Assembly: GCA_037379345.1 (NCBI GenBank)
Contig: CM074516.1
Coordinates: 30,479,626 to 30,543,625, forward strand
Length of the DNA stretch: 64,000 bases
Direction of reading: 5' to 3'
DNA from: Perna viridis
Taxonomy: Eukaryota
This document shows, in pieces, positions 50,201 to 61,692 of this stretch. The number at the start of each line of letters is the position of its first letter. Positions within the stretch are counted from its first letter, which is position 1. The position numbers were made by a program, and so were the translations under genes. Below the pieces are notes generated by a model. The model did no database searches. It was not told where the DNA came from and was given only the letters and a program-made list of their open reading frames with translations.

Positions 50201-53200
50201 TATTACTGAAAGTTGGAATAATATGAATGGAATGAAATATAATAAAAAGAACTGAATGTTGCTTTGATATTTTAATTCCAAAATATGTCAATTTAAAATA
50301 TCTGAATCAGCTATTCAAGGAATACATATTTAGCTTTCTGTGTCAACTTCATTAGGTTGATGGAATTTTGTATAAATCACATCAATCTACAAATCCCTTT
50401 AGTGATGGATAGTGCTATTTTTTCTTGCTTCTCATTATGACAAGTTATTCCTAGATACTGTATGATATGTAAGATTCATTCTATCCATAGCTTGATTCCA
50501 TGTGAGATAGACTTCTTGTTTTCAAAAATAACATGACATATAAAATTAGAAAAGGAGATCTTTTATTCAAACTTTTGAAGTTGTTATGAAAATATCAAGT
50601 GCATCAGTTTGTATATAAATCAGTATTATATCTTTGACTTTTGATGTCTCGGTTTTCACTAACTCCAATAAATACCAATATATGAAATAAAAGAACTGTG
50701 GAAGCATAAATTTAACTACTTTTGATACAAATTCAAATGTATTTCTAGTTTTAGAAGTTATTGATAGAATTGCTAATTGGTTATTAAACTTAATGTGAAG
50801 GTCAACAGTCTGTCTTTGATATGAGGTTTTTTTTTCCTTGAAGTTTTAGAAAATCTTGATTTCTTCATTCTCATGCTGTCCTGATAAGCCTGTTACTGAT
50901 TTAAGAGTCTAAATTTGCAGTGGGTTTTACCGATGAATTTTTGTGGTTTGGCAAAATTTTGTCGGTTTCTATGTGAATGTTTGAATGATGCATTTTTTAT
51001 ATGATCATCTTACTTGTTTGCATGTTAACATTTGGTTAGGAATTTTATTTTAATCAGGGAAAAAAAACTTAAGGAAATCCATGAACATGGTTACCAGTCT
51101 AAACAATGTTTGTTCTGAATTTTTTGTTTACATCCACGAAATTTTGCGGCCAATAATGGTATCATGCTGTTGCCATCTTTGTTGTCGTCCTGTATCTATT
51201 AACTTGGTTTCCAGATATTCGCTAAAGTATAAGTGAATGAATCTACATAAATGAATTTAAACCACAAGGTGCCATACCCTGAAAGAAAGGCTAATTTTTG
51301 GGGTTGTGACTTGAACCCTTAGTAAATTATGGGCCAAAAAGTGACATTTTCAACTTAAATCGTGTCTGTTATCCATGTCTGGTCTTAGTCCTTGGATTAC
51401 ATTCTTTTGATTTCCACTAGAATCTTGGTTCCCTTGATCACTCTTTAAGTTAATGGACCTCTTAGAAAATGTACCACAAGATGTCATACCACAAAAGGAA
51501 TGCTGGAATTGACTTATGGGATTGTTACCTGAAAAAGGACCCAGAAACAAGAATTTTCATGAAAGATTTTTTAAAATCTTGATTTCTTCAATCTTTTTCT
51601 GTCATGATAAGACTGTTGCTGATTTAAGAGTCTAAATTTGCATCATGTTGATTGGATGAATTTTTGTGGTTTGGCAATTATTATCGGTTTCTTTGTTGGA
51701 TTATTACTGGGTTTGTTTACCTGTGAACATTTGGCTATGAATTTAATTTATTGATTAAAAAATTAGTACAGATTCCATGAACATGACTACCCGGTACTAG
51801 TTTAAACAATGGCTGTTCTGAAGTTTCTTGTATATGACCACAAGAATTTGCAGTCCAGTAATGGTATAGTGCTAGGGTAGGGTTTGACCTCTGTGGTCAC
51901 ATGAAGCTTTACCCTGCAAAGCATTTTATTGTAAATTTCTATTCTTTTGTAACTTGTATGTATAGGCTTAAATACTTGTTGAAGTTTCTTTAAGTTCAGA
52001 AATGTAATGAGCAGTACATGTAATGATTTTCTTGATATCACAAAAATAAAAATGAGCAGATAGGTCAGAGATTCAAAATTAAAAAAAAACAAATGCACTC
52101 ATTAATTTCTAGATTATTCCTTTTGACTTTTTGTTTGTGGGTTTTAGGTTTTCAGTCTGTATGTCTGTCTTGATCATTTCTGTTTTGTAGTGTTTAGACT
52201 TCCAAAACCATACCTACCTGAAATTTAGTCTACTTTATCATTTGTCTGTGTTTTTATACAATAACACCTCTCTTTCTTTCTCTGATTGTTGGAATAGCAA
52301 CAAGTTGGCTCCTGTACGCTGATTCTGAATTGCTCTAAGCACTGTGAATCACAATGCTAACATTCCTTAGGAATTCTTATTACATAATTCTCAATAAGCT
52401 TAACAGATAGAAAGCAATGTTAGGACACGATCACATAAATATTATGTTCAACTGACACCTGTAGTTATAGGCTGAACATGAGAACAGTATAAATATTTGG
52501 ATGTAATAGGCACCTATCTCTCTCAAAATATGAGGAATTCCTTCAAATTAGAGTTCATTTACAGCCAAATAGTAAATGGGGCTGTGGTCAATGTAGAAAA
52601 GATATAAACAGTGTGTTACTACATGTACTGAAACTTACTGTGTAGCCTTTTTTGAACAGATAACCAGTCAGGATTGAGGTGAAACATTGTATTTTTTTGT
52701 GGAATCGTAAATTTGTTTTAAGGTAAACAAGATTTTATAAGTGTTATAATGAACTGAATGAGCCAAAAAAGGCCTGTATTGAATGTTATTTATTTTCTTT
52801 TTCAGCAAATTGTTTTTTTAGTGGGAAATATTATGAACATGGTGCAACAGTTAGTCCTAGAGTGTGTGTTAATTGTGAATGTAATGTAAGTACCTAATAG
52901 TATGATTTTAGCCTTTACCTATTATGGATTGAGCAAGTTGTGCTCAAGTGCCATTCTGTGTAAGAATCAGGAAATGGGTGGCACATCATTTCCCCCAATT
53001 TAGTCATTTTTGCCTAAAATATATTCAGTGCATCTAGAAAACAAAATGCTATTTAAGTTTATCCTGAAGCATCTGTGACATAGATATTCTTTGACTGCTT
53101 ATATAGGAAAAAGTGCAGGAAAATTTTCCTGCCATTTTTCCATAGTGCATTTCAACTAAATTTGACCTATCAATATCTTAAAAATGCAAATTTTACAAAT

Positions 53201-56200
53201 ACTTTGATGGTTATTTCTGGTGGTTATCAGGTATAATTAATTGGTTAATGCAATAAAATCTCTGTGTTTTTTTTTCCTTCATGTGCCACACCTTATATAC
53301 AATTGGCCCGATTCTTAGACGGAGAAGTACTTAATAACAGTGGATTTCTACTATGTTGTTATATCCAATAGGAACATGCAGCACTTACTTTAACATAGCT
53401 TTGCATCTGCATTAAAAGTTCAAACAATCACTTCTTAACTCCATGTATATTTCCAAAATATGTCACTTCTGGCAGAATGATTGCAATCCATTCATGTTTC
53501 AGAAGATCTACATAACATAGCATGTCACCATTCATGATTCAGAACATTTACATACATAGTATGTCACCATTCATGTTTCAGAACATCTACATACATAGTA
53601 TGTCACCATTCATGTTTCAGAACATCTATATAACATAGTATGTTACCATTCATGTTTCAGAACATTTACATAACATAGTATGTCACCATTCATGTTTCAG
53701 AACATCTACATACATAGTATGTCACCTTCCCTATTCATTCTAGTTATAATATTGTTTTAATCAAAACTTGACAGACCTGAAGACAGTTTACTACTATGGG
53801 GTGTTTAAGGACCTTGACAAACTTTTGGGTTCTCACAATGCATGTTGCTTATTAGTAGAAATGGTTGTTGGTGGCCCAAAATTCGTCTGGACTGCTATGT
53901 TGATGCTTTGGCCTACTCTTAGACTTCATATGGGTTTGGGATGGTTTCCCAGTTCTACCCCTCTTGGAGTAATGCCAAATGAAGAGATGTAGATGGCCAG
54001 TTTGGTCATTGGTCACTTTTTCCATTTGATCCCATTCAACAACATTAGGTAAATGGGTGTGTCATCACTAAGTACTAACATAATATTTATATTGCAGTGG
54101 AGTGTCCCAGTTTCATGCCAAGAAAATTTAGCTTTACATAACAAATCTCTGTAGAAAATCCAATAGTTCAGCTAACTTTATAGCCATTACTCAATTGTAC
54201 TGTTGAAAGAATATGCCAGGTTCAATCTATTAGCCCTATTTCAGAAATATGCAAGAAATAGAATGTTCCTTTGTAAGAGTCAAAACTAAACTTAAAAAGC
54301 CAGGAATTTTAATATCAACAAGGGTGGTTGTTTCTTGTAATAAATACTAGTCTCATTGAACATCAGGCAAGGATTCATTTCACCTGTCAAAGTAATTTTC
54401 ATTGCCATCTATGGTAATGGGCATATAGATTTTTTTAAGTAAATCTGTCTATTAATCTTAATCAAATTCTAAAGTCATATTTTTTTCATGATGTAGAAAA
54501 ACCCACCGAACAAACAATGTTCTTTTTTCTATCTTCAGATGCTACATTTTTAGGTTACATTATTTCTTTCTACACTCATATCTGTACTTTTGAGAAAATC
54601 ATACATTCATTTCACACTAACTTCAACCGAATCAAAGCAAATCAAGAAAGATAACTCTTGCAAAGTGCTAATTTCATGTACAATCTATATAAATTTTATC
54701 TCAAAAGCATTACATCCAAATGAAAAACCAAGACTGGTTATGTGGTCTGTAACAGATTCTGAATAGGAAATAAAAGTTAAATGTAGTGGAGTTTAATCTA
54801 GGAAAACTGTTCTGTGATAATTAAAGAGTAGTTCTAATATGGCGTGCTTCGAAGCTGTTTAGACCACAACCATGGTAAAAAAAGTGATAAACACATGACC
54901 AACAATTCATGCAACACATTGGTTGTGTCTCTTCAAAAATATGAAGGAACTAGTCCTATTAGAATCAAAATAAATCATGGAAACTCCATTTTATCATTGT
55001 TTTAACAAGGGCTGGTCATTTATGTCATTATTAAACCTTCAATATTGCTTGGGGTAAAACAATGTGACATAAATGGCCAGTCCATGGTAAAACAATGATG
55101 AAATGGAGTTTCCGTGATTTTTTTCCCCTAAATTTATACAGTATCTATTATGCTTAGATTTGCATACATGGCTGGTAGTATTGCAAGAGCACTATTATAG
55201 TACAAAATTACAACAGAACATATTATTGTAATTTTTAGTAGCACTTTTAGTAGTCATCACATTTTGATGTGACCTGGTATTAATATATTATGTTTCAAAA
55301 TTATATTGAATGAAAGGAAAGGTTTTAGATATGTTTGAAACTGTTTCATTTCAGTGCAATATGACTGATTGTAAAAATGATAAGTATTATCTTGTCTTAA
55401 AAATGTCAAGACAGTGAGGTCCTCTTAAATAATGGCATATTAGTCTTCTGATCTATAAATATTTAATTTGCCAAACTTTGACCTTAAGAATTTATGGAGT
55501 CTGAAGTTCTTAATAGATTAGAAAAAAAATTATGCCTCTATCCTTTTTGGGGGAGAAATATTGCTTTTATCTTGTTGATCACCTCCCATGTAAAGTCATA
55601 AATGAAGTTCATGAATCTTCCGAATTGTTTTACCAATTTTACTTGGGAAATGTTTGTAGAATTTTTTGCCATAAATGAACAAACTGTCATTGTGAAAAAT
55701 TAGTGGTTCAGATGAAGCCAAAGTATATGAGATCAGGGTACATGTATTGGTATATAAGATCATAGTACATGTATTGGATTATAATATGGTACAAAAATAT
55801 ACATATATCAGAATATACAATCATGGTTAATGTATCAGTATATGGGACTTTGATACATGTATCAGAATATTAAATCATAGTACATGTAACAGTTAATGAG
55901 TTCTGGGTACATGTATTGGTATATAAGGTCATACTACATGTATTGAAATATAAGACCATGGTACAAAAATGTACTGGTACATGTATTTGAATATAAAATC
56001 ATGGTAAATGTATCAGTAGATAGATCATGGTACATGTCTTGGTATGCTACATATAAGATCATTGTACATATACATGTACCAGTATCATTATATAGAACAT
56101 CTGTACTCACATCAGTATATAAGAACCAATACTTAACTATTGAGTGGCATAATACTAATTGGCTGCCTGACAATTAACACAAATATTTCATTGACTAGAC

Positions 56201-59200
56201 TGGGAGATTCCAACACAAGTATACCTAATAGATTAGAGCAAAATATAGAATCTGCATCAATCTGTTTATAAACTGCACTGTAGATAATTTGCAGTAAATG
56301 TTCAAGACAATGTGCATCTTGAATTGCAAGTTAAAAGACGAAATGATCTACTTTTTGGACATCTAAACTACCTGTTGAAGCAGTGATATCATTATGCCCC
56401 CACCAATTGGAGTAGAGTAATGAACAGGAGCTTTATTGCAATCATTTTGTCAGTCTGTCCGTATATTACACTTTTCTGTTACCGCTAGATTTTTCAGCTT
56501 CTATTGGAGGGAAGGCTTAAGTATTTGGTGTTTTGTTTTTGCATGATGACTTGTAAAGTGTCTCCTCATTCCAAATTTTACAAATGGTTGAGTGGAGGTA
56601 TTCTTAACTCAACCTACTGTGCAACCATCTTGTTTATTTATATAATTATTCCTTTCTTTGCTTTGGTGCAATTAAGTTTGTCTGTCGTCTTACCATCCTT
56701 GTTTTTAATAAGTAGATATAGTAGTGAAGAAAGACCAGTACTATCTTTAAAAAAAGATAGCCGACGCAGTAAAATTTTCTCCTTTTTTTTCTAAGTTTAT
56801 ACATTTCTTTCAAGAAAATAACACATGGCAAAGTACAAAGTTTCAATACATTTTTTTTTAATGCCACTGAATTGCGATCTGGTGACTTGCATTTCCATAC
56901 AAGAGTGTCCTTAAGGTCAAAGGGTAAAAAGCGAAACGAAAATATATATAGTAACCGAGTTGGGGAACTGAATATTTTGTTCCATTTAGACAAGTGTTAG
57001 TCTATACAAGTTTAAAATAAATAAAAACTGATAGAGGGGAAATACATGGTCAAGTAAAGATCCTGGAGACTGTCTGCTCGCGCTTATGTACAATTCTACA
57101 TAATGACAAATATAGTACTTAGATACATTTATTTTTATGGTGCTGTCAGTTTCAGTAGCAGCATTACAGTAGTATACATTTGAGTTGAGGACAATCATTT
57201 GAGTATAAGTGAATATATCAATATGAACATGTATCACAAGGTTCCATACCTCCAAAAGGAGGGTTGGGATTTGTGAAATTCAAAAATGTGTCAAGCATGA
57301 ATGTTTCATGCAGTTTTCATACTTGCTTCAACTGTTATAGGTTAATCAAACTATATGGTGCAGAGTATTAATGTTGTTTTTCTTGTCTAGTTTCTTATAA
57401 AAGTCAATTTTACTTTTGATCCTTTTTAATGCAGCTAGTAAACAATTAAGCTGTTCAAACATAAAAGTATTTTCTTATCAAGCACAATGCAAGAGCTGAG
57501 AAAACTAACAAAATAAAACCAAACACCAAAATTTAAAAATTAATTTTTGAGGACTTTATAGAAAAACTTTGTACCACTGGCAGAACATCCTTTCTTACAT
57601 CTTACACTTTATAACAAAGGCCTGTTGAGAAACTCTGGCATTACTGAAAATACCAAGGAGGATTTTAGGGTCACCAAGTCCCATAAAGTTGTAGATATAG
57701 CAAAAATTACAAAGTAACCATGTCTGAACTGCACAAATATTTAAGCTCCTTTTGATTAACCTTGCCATATGGAACTATCAAAAGAGAATTTTCTTTAGAT
57801 ATAAAAAAATTACAATAAATTAGAAGTCTCCCATTGTGTCTTGCACATCTCTGTTTTTGTAATGCATGATTTAACATGCATTATGATAATAAATTAAATA
57901 TTGGATCCACCTGTTTACCTAAATAGTAGATCACACAAGCTTCACTTCTGATATTGCTCATCATTCAGTAACACCCAGTATTAGGTATTTATTGTTAGTA
58001 GATAGGGGTACATTACTTAAAATGAGCTAATCAGCCATTGTCATTAATTCAATACCATGTGGTACACTACCACCTATGATTAGGGAGGTTCAGAAGGAAC
58101 CAGTACAAGGTACCAGTAATTACTTTCTGTTTTCAATTATGAAAATTGTGTTAATTTAAGTACAAAAAAGTCAGTCAAGAAGAATTATGAGCTCATAAAG
58201 TTAACTAATATTTACTGAATCAAAGAATTAATGAAGTAACAGAGAATATTTTGAGGTGGGGAGGATGAGCTTATATGAGAATCAACATTCTGGACAGTCC
58301 TACATATGTATATACAATCCCAATGTATTGTTTTCAGTGTACTATGGTGTCTGATACATTGAGTTTTTCTGAGTTTAAGGTGCATTTTCAGAACCATTTC
58401 ATTTTCAAACTGATGCAATGGCTCCCCTATAAACATGAACTGGTACATCAATCTCTTATCGTTATTTCTGAAGAGTTAAAAGCATTGGACACTTTTCAAA
58501 ATAATAAACCACCTGTAATTTTTTGGTAGGATGGAACACATCAATTTTTTTTTGCCTTAACTCTCTTAACTAATTGTTTAGATTCATATTTCTGTTCTGT
58601 TATTGTATGTTATGGAAAATTACAGTTCAACCTCATTTGAAAGCTTTTCAACATGAATAAGTGAGAGTAATTGATAATGAAAAAATGAAGAATGATGAAA
58701 GGTGAATGAGTTAAGTCATAAGTAATTTTCAGTTTGAAATAAAGAGATGTCTGGGATGGTTTCCAGGGCTGTATAGGTTTTAGGCTCTAAGTAAATAGGA
58801 TTCTGATTTTATGACTTCTTTCAATTGTAAAGGACAATTGATAAAAAAAAATATTAAATCATTAAGCTTTTCTTTTAAATTCTTTCTTAAAATGTGTAAA
58901 TTTACTGAAATTATATGAGCTTTGTTTGGGTTCATAGTAAAAAATTACAATGCACATAATTCTTAGTGATGAATTTTGATTAATTCATAAGATATCATTT
59001 TTCCAAATCTGATGTAATGAAATAAAGTAATGGCTCAATAAAACAGTCCAAAATATATCCATACCAAAAGATCTAGTTTCTAATATAATAGTGGAGAGAT
59101 AACAAGCCTTCTTATCATATTCAAGGTCTGGTTGTGCTGACAGTGCTTTTACCTGGGACTTCTCACTTCCTAAAATGGTTACTTTCTCCCCTTTCTTTTA

Positions 59201-61692
59201 TAGTCCAACAGGTTTGGATACCAGTCTCTTAATGACCTCCTTGGCCTGAATGTTGCCGACATTTTCCCACCCACCTTACCAAGCCATTGTTTTGTCTACT
59301 TGCCAGACTAGTGTCTATAGCATTCACAGAAGTTAACCATCTATCATTCAAGTTTTTGTGCAGTTTAAATTTCTTTGTTTGTGTAATTTGGAAGTGTCTA
59401 CATTAATCTCTAGTGATCACTATAGGATAGAATACATCTCTTGTTTGAGGGTGATGAGCTATTCAGATGTGAGATAGGGTCGATGATGATGTAGGTAATC
59501 TGTATACTTTGTAAACTTTTCCAAATTGATATTTAGCTAGTGCAGTTTGCAAGTGTTTATTTCAAAAATGAGTTTTCCTTAGCAAAGCAGATTTTTAGTA
59601 ACACCAATATTTCTAATTTGTTGGAAAACCAATTCTCAGTGAGAATGCAGGAGATGTGAGGTTTTTTTTATATATTTTTTCAAATTCAAAATTGTTTTTT
59701 CAGAGAATAAATAGCATACAACCGTAATTAATTTTTACGGAATTTCAATATCTTATTATTATACAATAACTTGAGCCATGTCGATTCTTTACATAGAGAT
59801 AATAAACCTTAATGACAAGTTATACAGTGGGTATCAATTACAGTTCTTGTCCTCCTAAAATTTGGGACACACTTAGTCCTTAGAATAATCAAAAATCTAA
59901 AAAAAAACTGAAACCTTAATGATTTCTAAGGTCAAAGGTTAAGGTTAAAGCATTAGCTTATTATATGGAGTGGGGTGCTTCATATTGCCTTTGTTTTCTT
60001 CTATGATATATCTTACCAAGTTCTGTTTTATATTTGTAGAATGGTAATATGGATTGTGTCAGTATGAAACCAGAAAGAGACTGTCCTAAATTAGAGTGTG
60101 CCAAAGAAGATTTTATCCACATTTATGGCCAATGTTGTCCTATATGTAAAGGTTTGTTATTTTGTGTATATTGTTTCTATTAATTTACAACATAACTAAG
60201 TGATTGAAAAAAAAAATCATTATACAAGTGAAAAAGGCTATTCAATTGACCAGGACCAACAGAAATTCAAGGGTCAAAATTTTAACTATATGTGTATATT
60301 TTCTCATTGAAGACAAATTCGAGAAGCCTATCACCAAGTAATTCACGTTTTATCTTTTATTCATAGCTGATTTTCCTTATGAACATAAAAGTGATGCAAA
60401 GTAATATATTTGATGGATTGATTTTGGGTTACTTAAGTATGTTTTGTCTATCATCATTTTCCTGTTTCTATAAACAGTAGGTGACCCCCACTTGCTTGGT
60501 CATGTTATAATGTCATGACTTGTATGTTGTTTAAACATACCCTTAGAACTATAAATACTTAGAAAAAGATAAGTATAGGTCACCTGCTTGGCAGAGCTCT
60601 CATTCAGATATATCTTCTATGACATCTCTTTGGAACATCTTTAGAGGTTAGCTCAGAAAGGATTATAAAATACTGATTCTGATAAAGCTATGCTTTGCAC
60701 AAGGAAAGTGCCTCTTGTCTATTTCAATTATTTAAATGCAATGAAATTTATTGAGTGAATTACAATCCTATGATTCCACTGCACATTTCAGTTCATTATT
60801 AATTTTGTCATTTGTTTTGGGAGGGTAGAGAATGTAAACATTAATTTTCATTGTTTTCCTCTGGCTAGCCATTTATCTTAATTAATAAAATCTCGTTTCC
60901 ATTTTGCATATAGGAATGCAATACATACAATGCTTAATTGAAAAGACTACACCTTTTTTTAAGAATGCTAATTTTGCCACACTTTTTTGGTTCCCTTAAG
61001 TCTTGAAAAATATGAAAAACTACTGCTAGTATTCTATTAGAATAAAATTATCTATGAAGACTCAAACTTATTATTCAATCACCATGGCAGATTATTTTAC
61101 CCTTTGTTTCCAAACATTGAAAAAATAATCAACATAAAGAGCTGGTTTTTGCTGAAGCAAGTGGTTTACATGGGTCTCCACAAATAATTTTTTAGTCAGA
61201 ATAAACTGTCTAAAACATAAAAACAATCTGGCTCAGGGCAAGTTTTGTCAATGTGGAAAAAAATCATTGCTTCAAACACTTATGTTCTCAGATACTCTTT
61301 AAAGACTTTGAAATAGTGTCCATACTTACCCCAACTATTCAAGGATCAACATTGACAGTCTCGTCAAGCTGTACCTTACATAATGTTTTGTGTTCACATA
61401 CAAATCTCCTATTGATGAACTGAAGTTTCATGTTGATTATTTATTTTCAATAAATGAGGAGAAAAAAATGCTTGCTAAGTTTAGTGTGTTAACAGTAAGT
61501 AATCATATAGGGGCTTTACATGACTGTATCTAGAATATCCCTTTCTGTTATGTTCTTGTAACTTTTGAACAGGTACAGATTTCTGTGGACAAGGCCACAG
61601 CTGTCATGCTAATGCCACATGCCACAACTTAGCCACTAGATATGCTTGTCAGTGTAAGATGGGATTTAAAGGGGATGGACAGCATTGTGAAG
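11195..61692 (+). CDS. NELL: NELL1/NELL2-like secreted glycoprotein (signal peptide, TSP-N/LamG, coiled coil, VWC, VWC, EGF...); 11 coding exons, 3'-incomplete
   Basis: Join 11195-11255, 20039-20164, 28674-28824, 35230-35503, 43908-43980, 44264-44346, 45738-45869, 49062-49155, 52806-52885, 60040-60151, 61573-61692. All introns are GT-AG, phases are compatible and there are no stops. NELL-type motifs: FLEVESSGRKDEIRFHY, PYRLADDQWHKLALS, LYVDC, CPTC, CECRRSC. Confidence 0.93.
11248..11350 (+). repeat. 21-22-bp tandem repeat, 5 copies, each carrying GTAAGT
   Basis: GTAAGT at 11256, 11277, 11299, 11320 and 11342. Confidence 0.85.
13577..13733. mobile_element. Palindromic MITE-like element, about 157 bp
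   Basis: Outer arms atagacccttttgtg / cacaaaagggtctat; inner arms gagcatgctcaatatacgcttccacgagg / cctcgcggaagtgtatattaagcatgctc. Confidence 0.8.
16587..17050 (+). mobile_element. Degraded HINE/DINE-1-like element
   Basis: 5' hairpin cccc-acaaacttagtttt-gggg, (tgtc)n microsatellite, then two internal repeats of about 165 bp starting ttcagcaaaacttggtct (about 16748 and 16911). Confidence 0.6.
18341..18485. repeat. 20-bp minisatellite, about 7 copies
   Basis: Unit aaata(c/t)caatcacagc(a/t)tta. Confidence 0.95.
20039..20164 (+). CDS. NELL: NELL coding exon 2 (start of TSP-N/LamG)
   Basis: tttttcag acceptor, CAG|GTAAG donor, 126 nt; ASSFDFHRRHILNLITYLNNTKKGLQFIPGVDNRTQALVLS. Confidence 0.88.
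22057..22435. mobile_element. Older ggatcc-TIR MITE interrupted by the Kolobok-like MITE; related copy at 22546-22720
   Basis: Ends gtgggatggatccag ... gatctaccactg; the neighbour has ggcagatccagg ... tctgcccctag. Confidence 0.55.
22100..22312. mobile_element. 213-bp TTAA-flanked MITE (Kolobok-like), copy 1
   Basis: TTAA|ggaggtagacctagggtaagggacataactctt ... aagagttgtgttccttaccctagatctacctcc|TTAA; TIRs about 33 bp. A TTAA target site with purine-purine termini fits Kolobok. Confidence 0.88.
24243..25881. repeat. 59-bp tandem array, about 28 copies, in NELL intron 2
   Basis: Unit ctagct(c/a)accaaaacaatagccctcagggtgcccagacaccccactcagctacatagta, period 59 (24267, 24326, 24385 ...). Homogeneous to about 25360, diverged after that. 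Confidence 0.97.
26246..26500. repeat. 33-bp tandem repeat (about 4 copies) at the left end of a probable Tc1/pogo-like MITE remnant
   Basis: agaacctgtagaaaccaaactctgaatttaatc at 26252, 26285, 26318 and 26351; starts TA-CAGTAGAACC with a weak inverted end near 26478-26499. Confidence 0.65.
28674..28824 (+). CDS. NELL: NELL coding exon 3 (TSP-N/LamG)
   Basis: 151 nt; QNRDLSLPDIVTAEALENIKETSDLTVMATVKQTPGNSGSIVAFSTGII; AG|GTAAG donor. Confidence 0.92.
29523..30982 (+). repeat. Direct duplication of about 140 bp (29523-29662 and 30843-30982)
   Basis: gccatacactaaaaaacccatgac...gtgaccataattttgct occurs twice with only a few substitutions. Confidence 0.92.
29910..30825 (+). mobile_element. Helentron/HINE-like non-autonomous element
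   Basis: 5' region with a (gtc)n microsatellite; internal direct repeats (aaaa(c/t)cttctcctctga...accaaactt...gttccttggtgtatcctgcatagaactg...ggggtcagacagtagtttttcacatatatctccaaa at about 29985 and 30310); 3' hairpin ggctcc-tg-ggagcc followed by cttgtt. Confidence 0.8.
31930..32198. mobile_element. ggatcc-TIR MITE whose left terminus is repeated five times (23-bp unit)
   Basis: caggggcagatccaggatttata, period 23 (31931, 31954, 31977, 32000, 32023); G-rich interior and a degenerate right end tgcaccccta...atcggcatctg. Confidence 0.7.
32560..33090. repeat. Degenerate compound tandem repeat
   Basis: Recurrent ttagcatacctcca.gtttg.ggtaacc.gcctta and taggtttgtagctgc.tagcctcacaagtacttacc. Confidence 0.75.
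35230..35503 (+). CDS. NELL: NELL coding exon 4 (LamG core)
   Basis: 274 nt; FLEVESSGRKDEIRFHYTHNYQIRVETFPYRLADDQWHKLALSLSGTHLTLYVDCVKIYSRVL...LYIGQRSPRLAFFK. Confidence 0.96.
36990..37505. repeat. Degenerate 30-bp minisatellite
   Basis: Unit aaagtcc(t/c)tcacctttcaatactgaatcag; it produces 10-aa repeat ORFs on both strands. Confidence 0.88.
38327..38733. mobile_element. TIR element (hAT-like CAG termini), about 407 bp
   Basis: cagggttctcaataag / cttattgagaacactg (15 of 16 inverted match); internal repeated aaagtag(g/a)tgg; no clear 8-bp TSD. Confidence 0.6.
40054..40266. mobile_element. 213-bp TTAA-flanked MITE (Kolobok-like), copy 2
   Basis: Same TIRs, length and internal sequence as 22100-22312; TTAA at 40050-40053 and 40267-40270. 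Confidence 0.88.
43908..43980 (+). CDS. NELL: NELL coding exon 5 (end of LamG)
   Basis: 73 nt; GAIQDVKIVTQPDGHLDQCPNSDT. Confidence 0.93.
44264..44346 (+). CDS. NELL: NELL coding exon 6 (CPTC and coiled coil)
   Basis: 83 nt; VCPTCSQFQAMEQQVRNIYSMYHNLSIE. Confidence 0.93.
44905..45010 (+). repeat. Dispersed repeat (probable HINE-type 3' end); related copies at about 40385-40460, 51880-51930 and 61305-61375
   Basis: Shared tgtatcaag.tt.a.t..tgtg...atacttgcc and ggg tt..acctctg..gt...aag...cctgcaaa.cattttatt segments. Confidence 0.6.
45738..45869 (+). CDS. NELL: NELL coding exon 7 (coiled coil end, VWC1 N-half)
   Basis: 132 nt; LQRAKQRIAELEQCECRRSCQNNGTLKKEGEVWHPNPCTTCVCK, inside track ORF 45543-45887. 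Confidence 0.95.
47690..47985. repeat. Degenerate tandem repeat, about 100-bp period
   Basis: caaggagtt....caaccttacat.ca.agtttga recurs at about 47748, 47845 and 47940. Confidence 0.8.
49062..49155 (+). CDS. NELL: NELL coding exon 8 (VWC1 C-half)
   Basis: 94 nt; NGSSVCRQFDCHPVGCEKPVFRDGECCPVCI. Confidence 0.95.
50850..51930 (+). repeat. Local duplication (50850-51170 and 51574-51873) around a HINE-like fragment
   Basis: aaaatcttgatttcttca...ctgatttaagagtctaaatttgca...gatgaatttttgtggtttggcaa...tccatgaacatg...taatggtat is colinear in both copies. Confidence 0.85.
52806..52885 (+). CDS. NELL: NELL coding exon 9 (VWC2 N-half)
   Basis: 80 nt; TNCFFSGKYYEHGATVSPRVCVNCECN. Confidence 0.93.
53488..53727. 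repeat. 39/40-bp minisatellite, 6 copies
   Basis: ccattcatgtttcagaacatctacat(a)acatagtatgtca at 53488, 53528, 53567, 53606, 53646 and 53686. Confidence 0.95.
54495..54790 (+). repeat. Dispersed repeat of about 300 bp, copy 1
   Basis: Colinear with 62675-62967 (agaaaaacccacc, agaaaatcatacattcat, aaatcaagaa.gataactctt, aagactggttatgtg). Confidence 0.88.
54972..55120. repeat. Long inverted repeat (56-bp arms), palindromic MITE-like
   Basis: 54972-55027 against 55065-55120, 50 of 56 Watson-Crick pairs. Confidence 0.9.
55725..56125. repeat. Degenerate tandem repeat of about 28-30 bp, rich in gtacatgta
   Basis: Variants of tataagatcat(a/g)gtacatgtattgg recur more than 10 times. Confidence 0.75.
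60040..60151 (+). CDS. NELL: NELL coding exon 10 (VWC2 C-half)
   Basis: 112 nt; NGNMDCVSMKPERDCPKLECAKEDFIHIYGQCCPICK. Confidence 0.95.
61573..61692 (+). CDS. NELL: NELL coding exon 11 (EGF-like domain 1)
   Basis: 120 nt, phase 1-1; TDFCGQGHSCHANATCHNLATRYACQCKMGFKGDGQHCE with six EGF cysteines. Confidence 0.96.
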
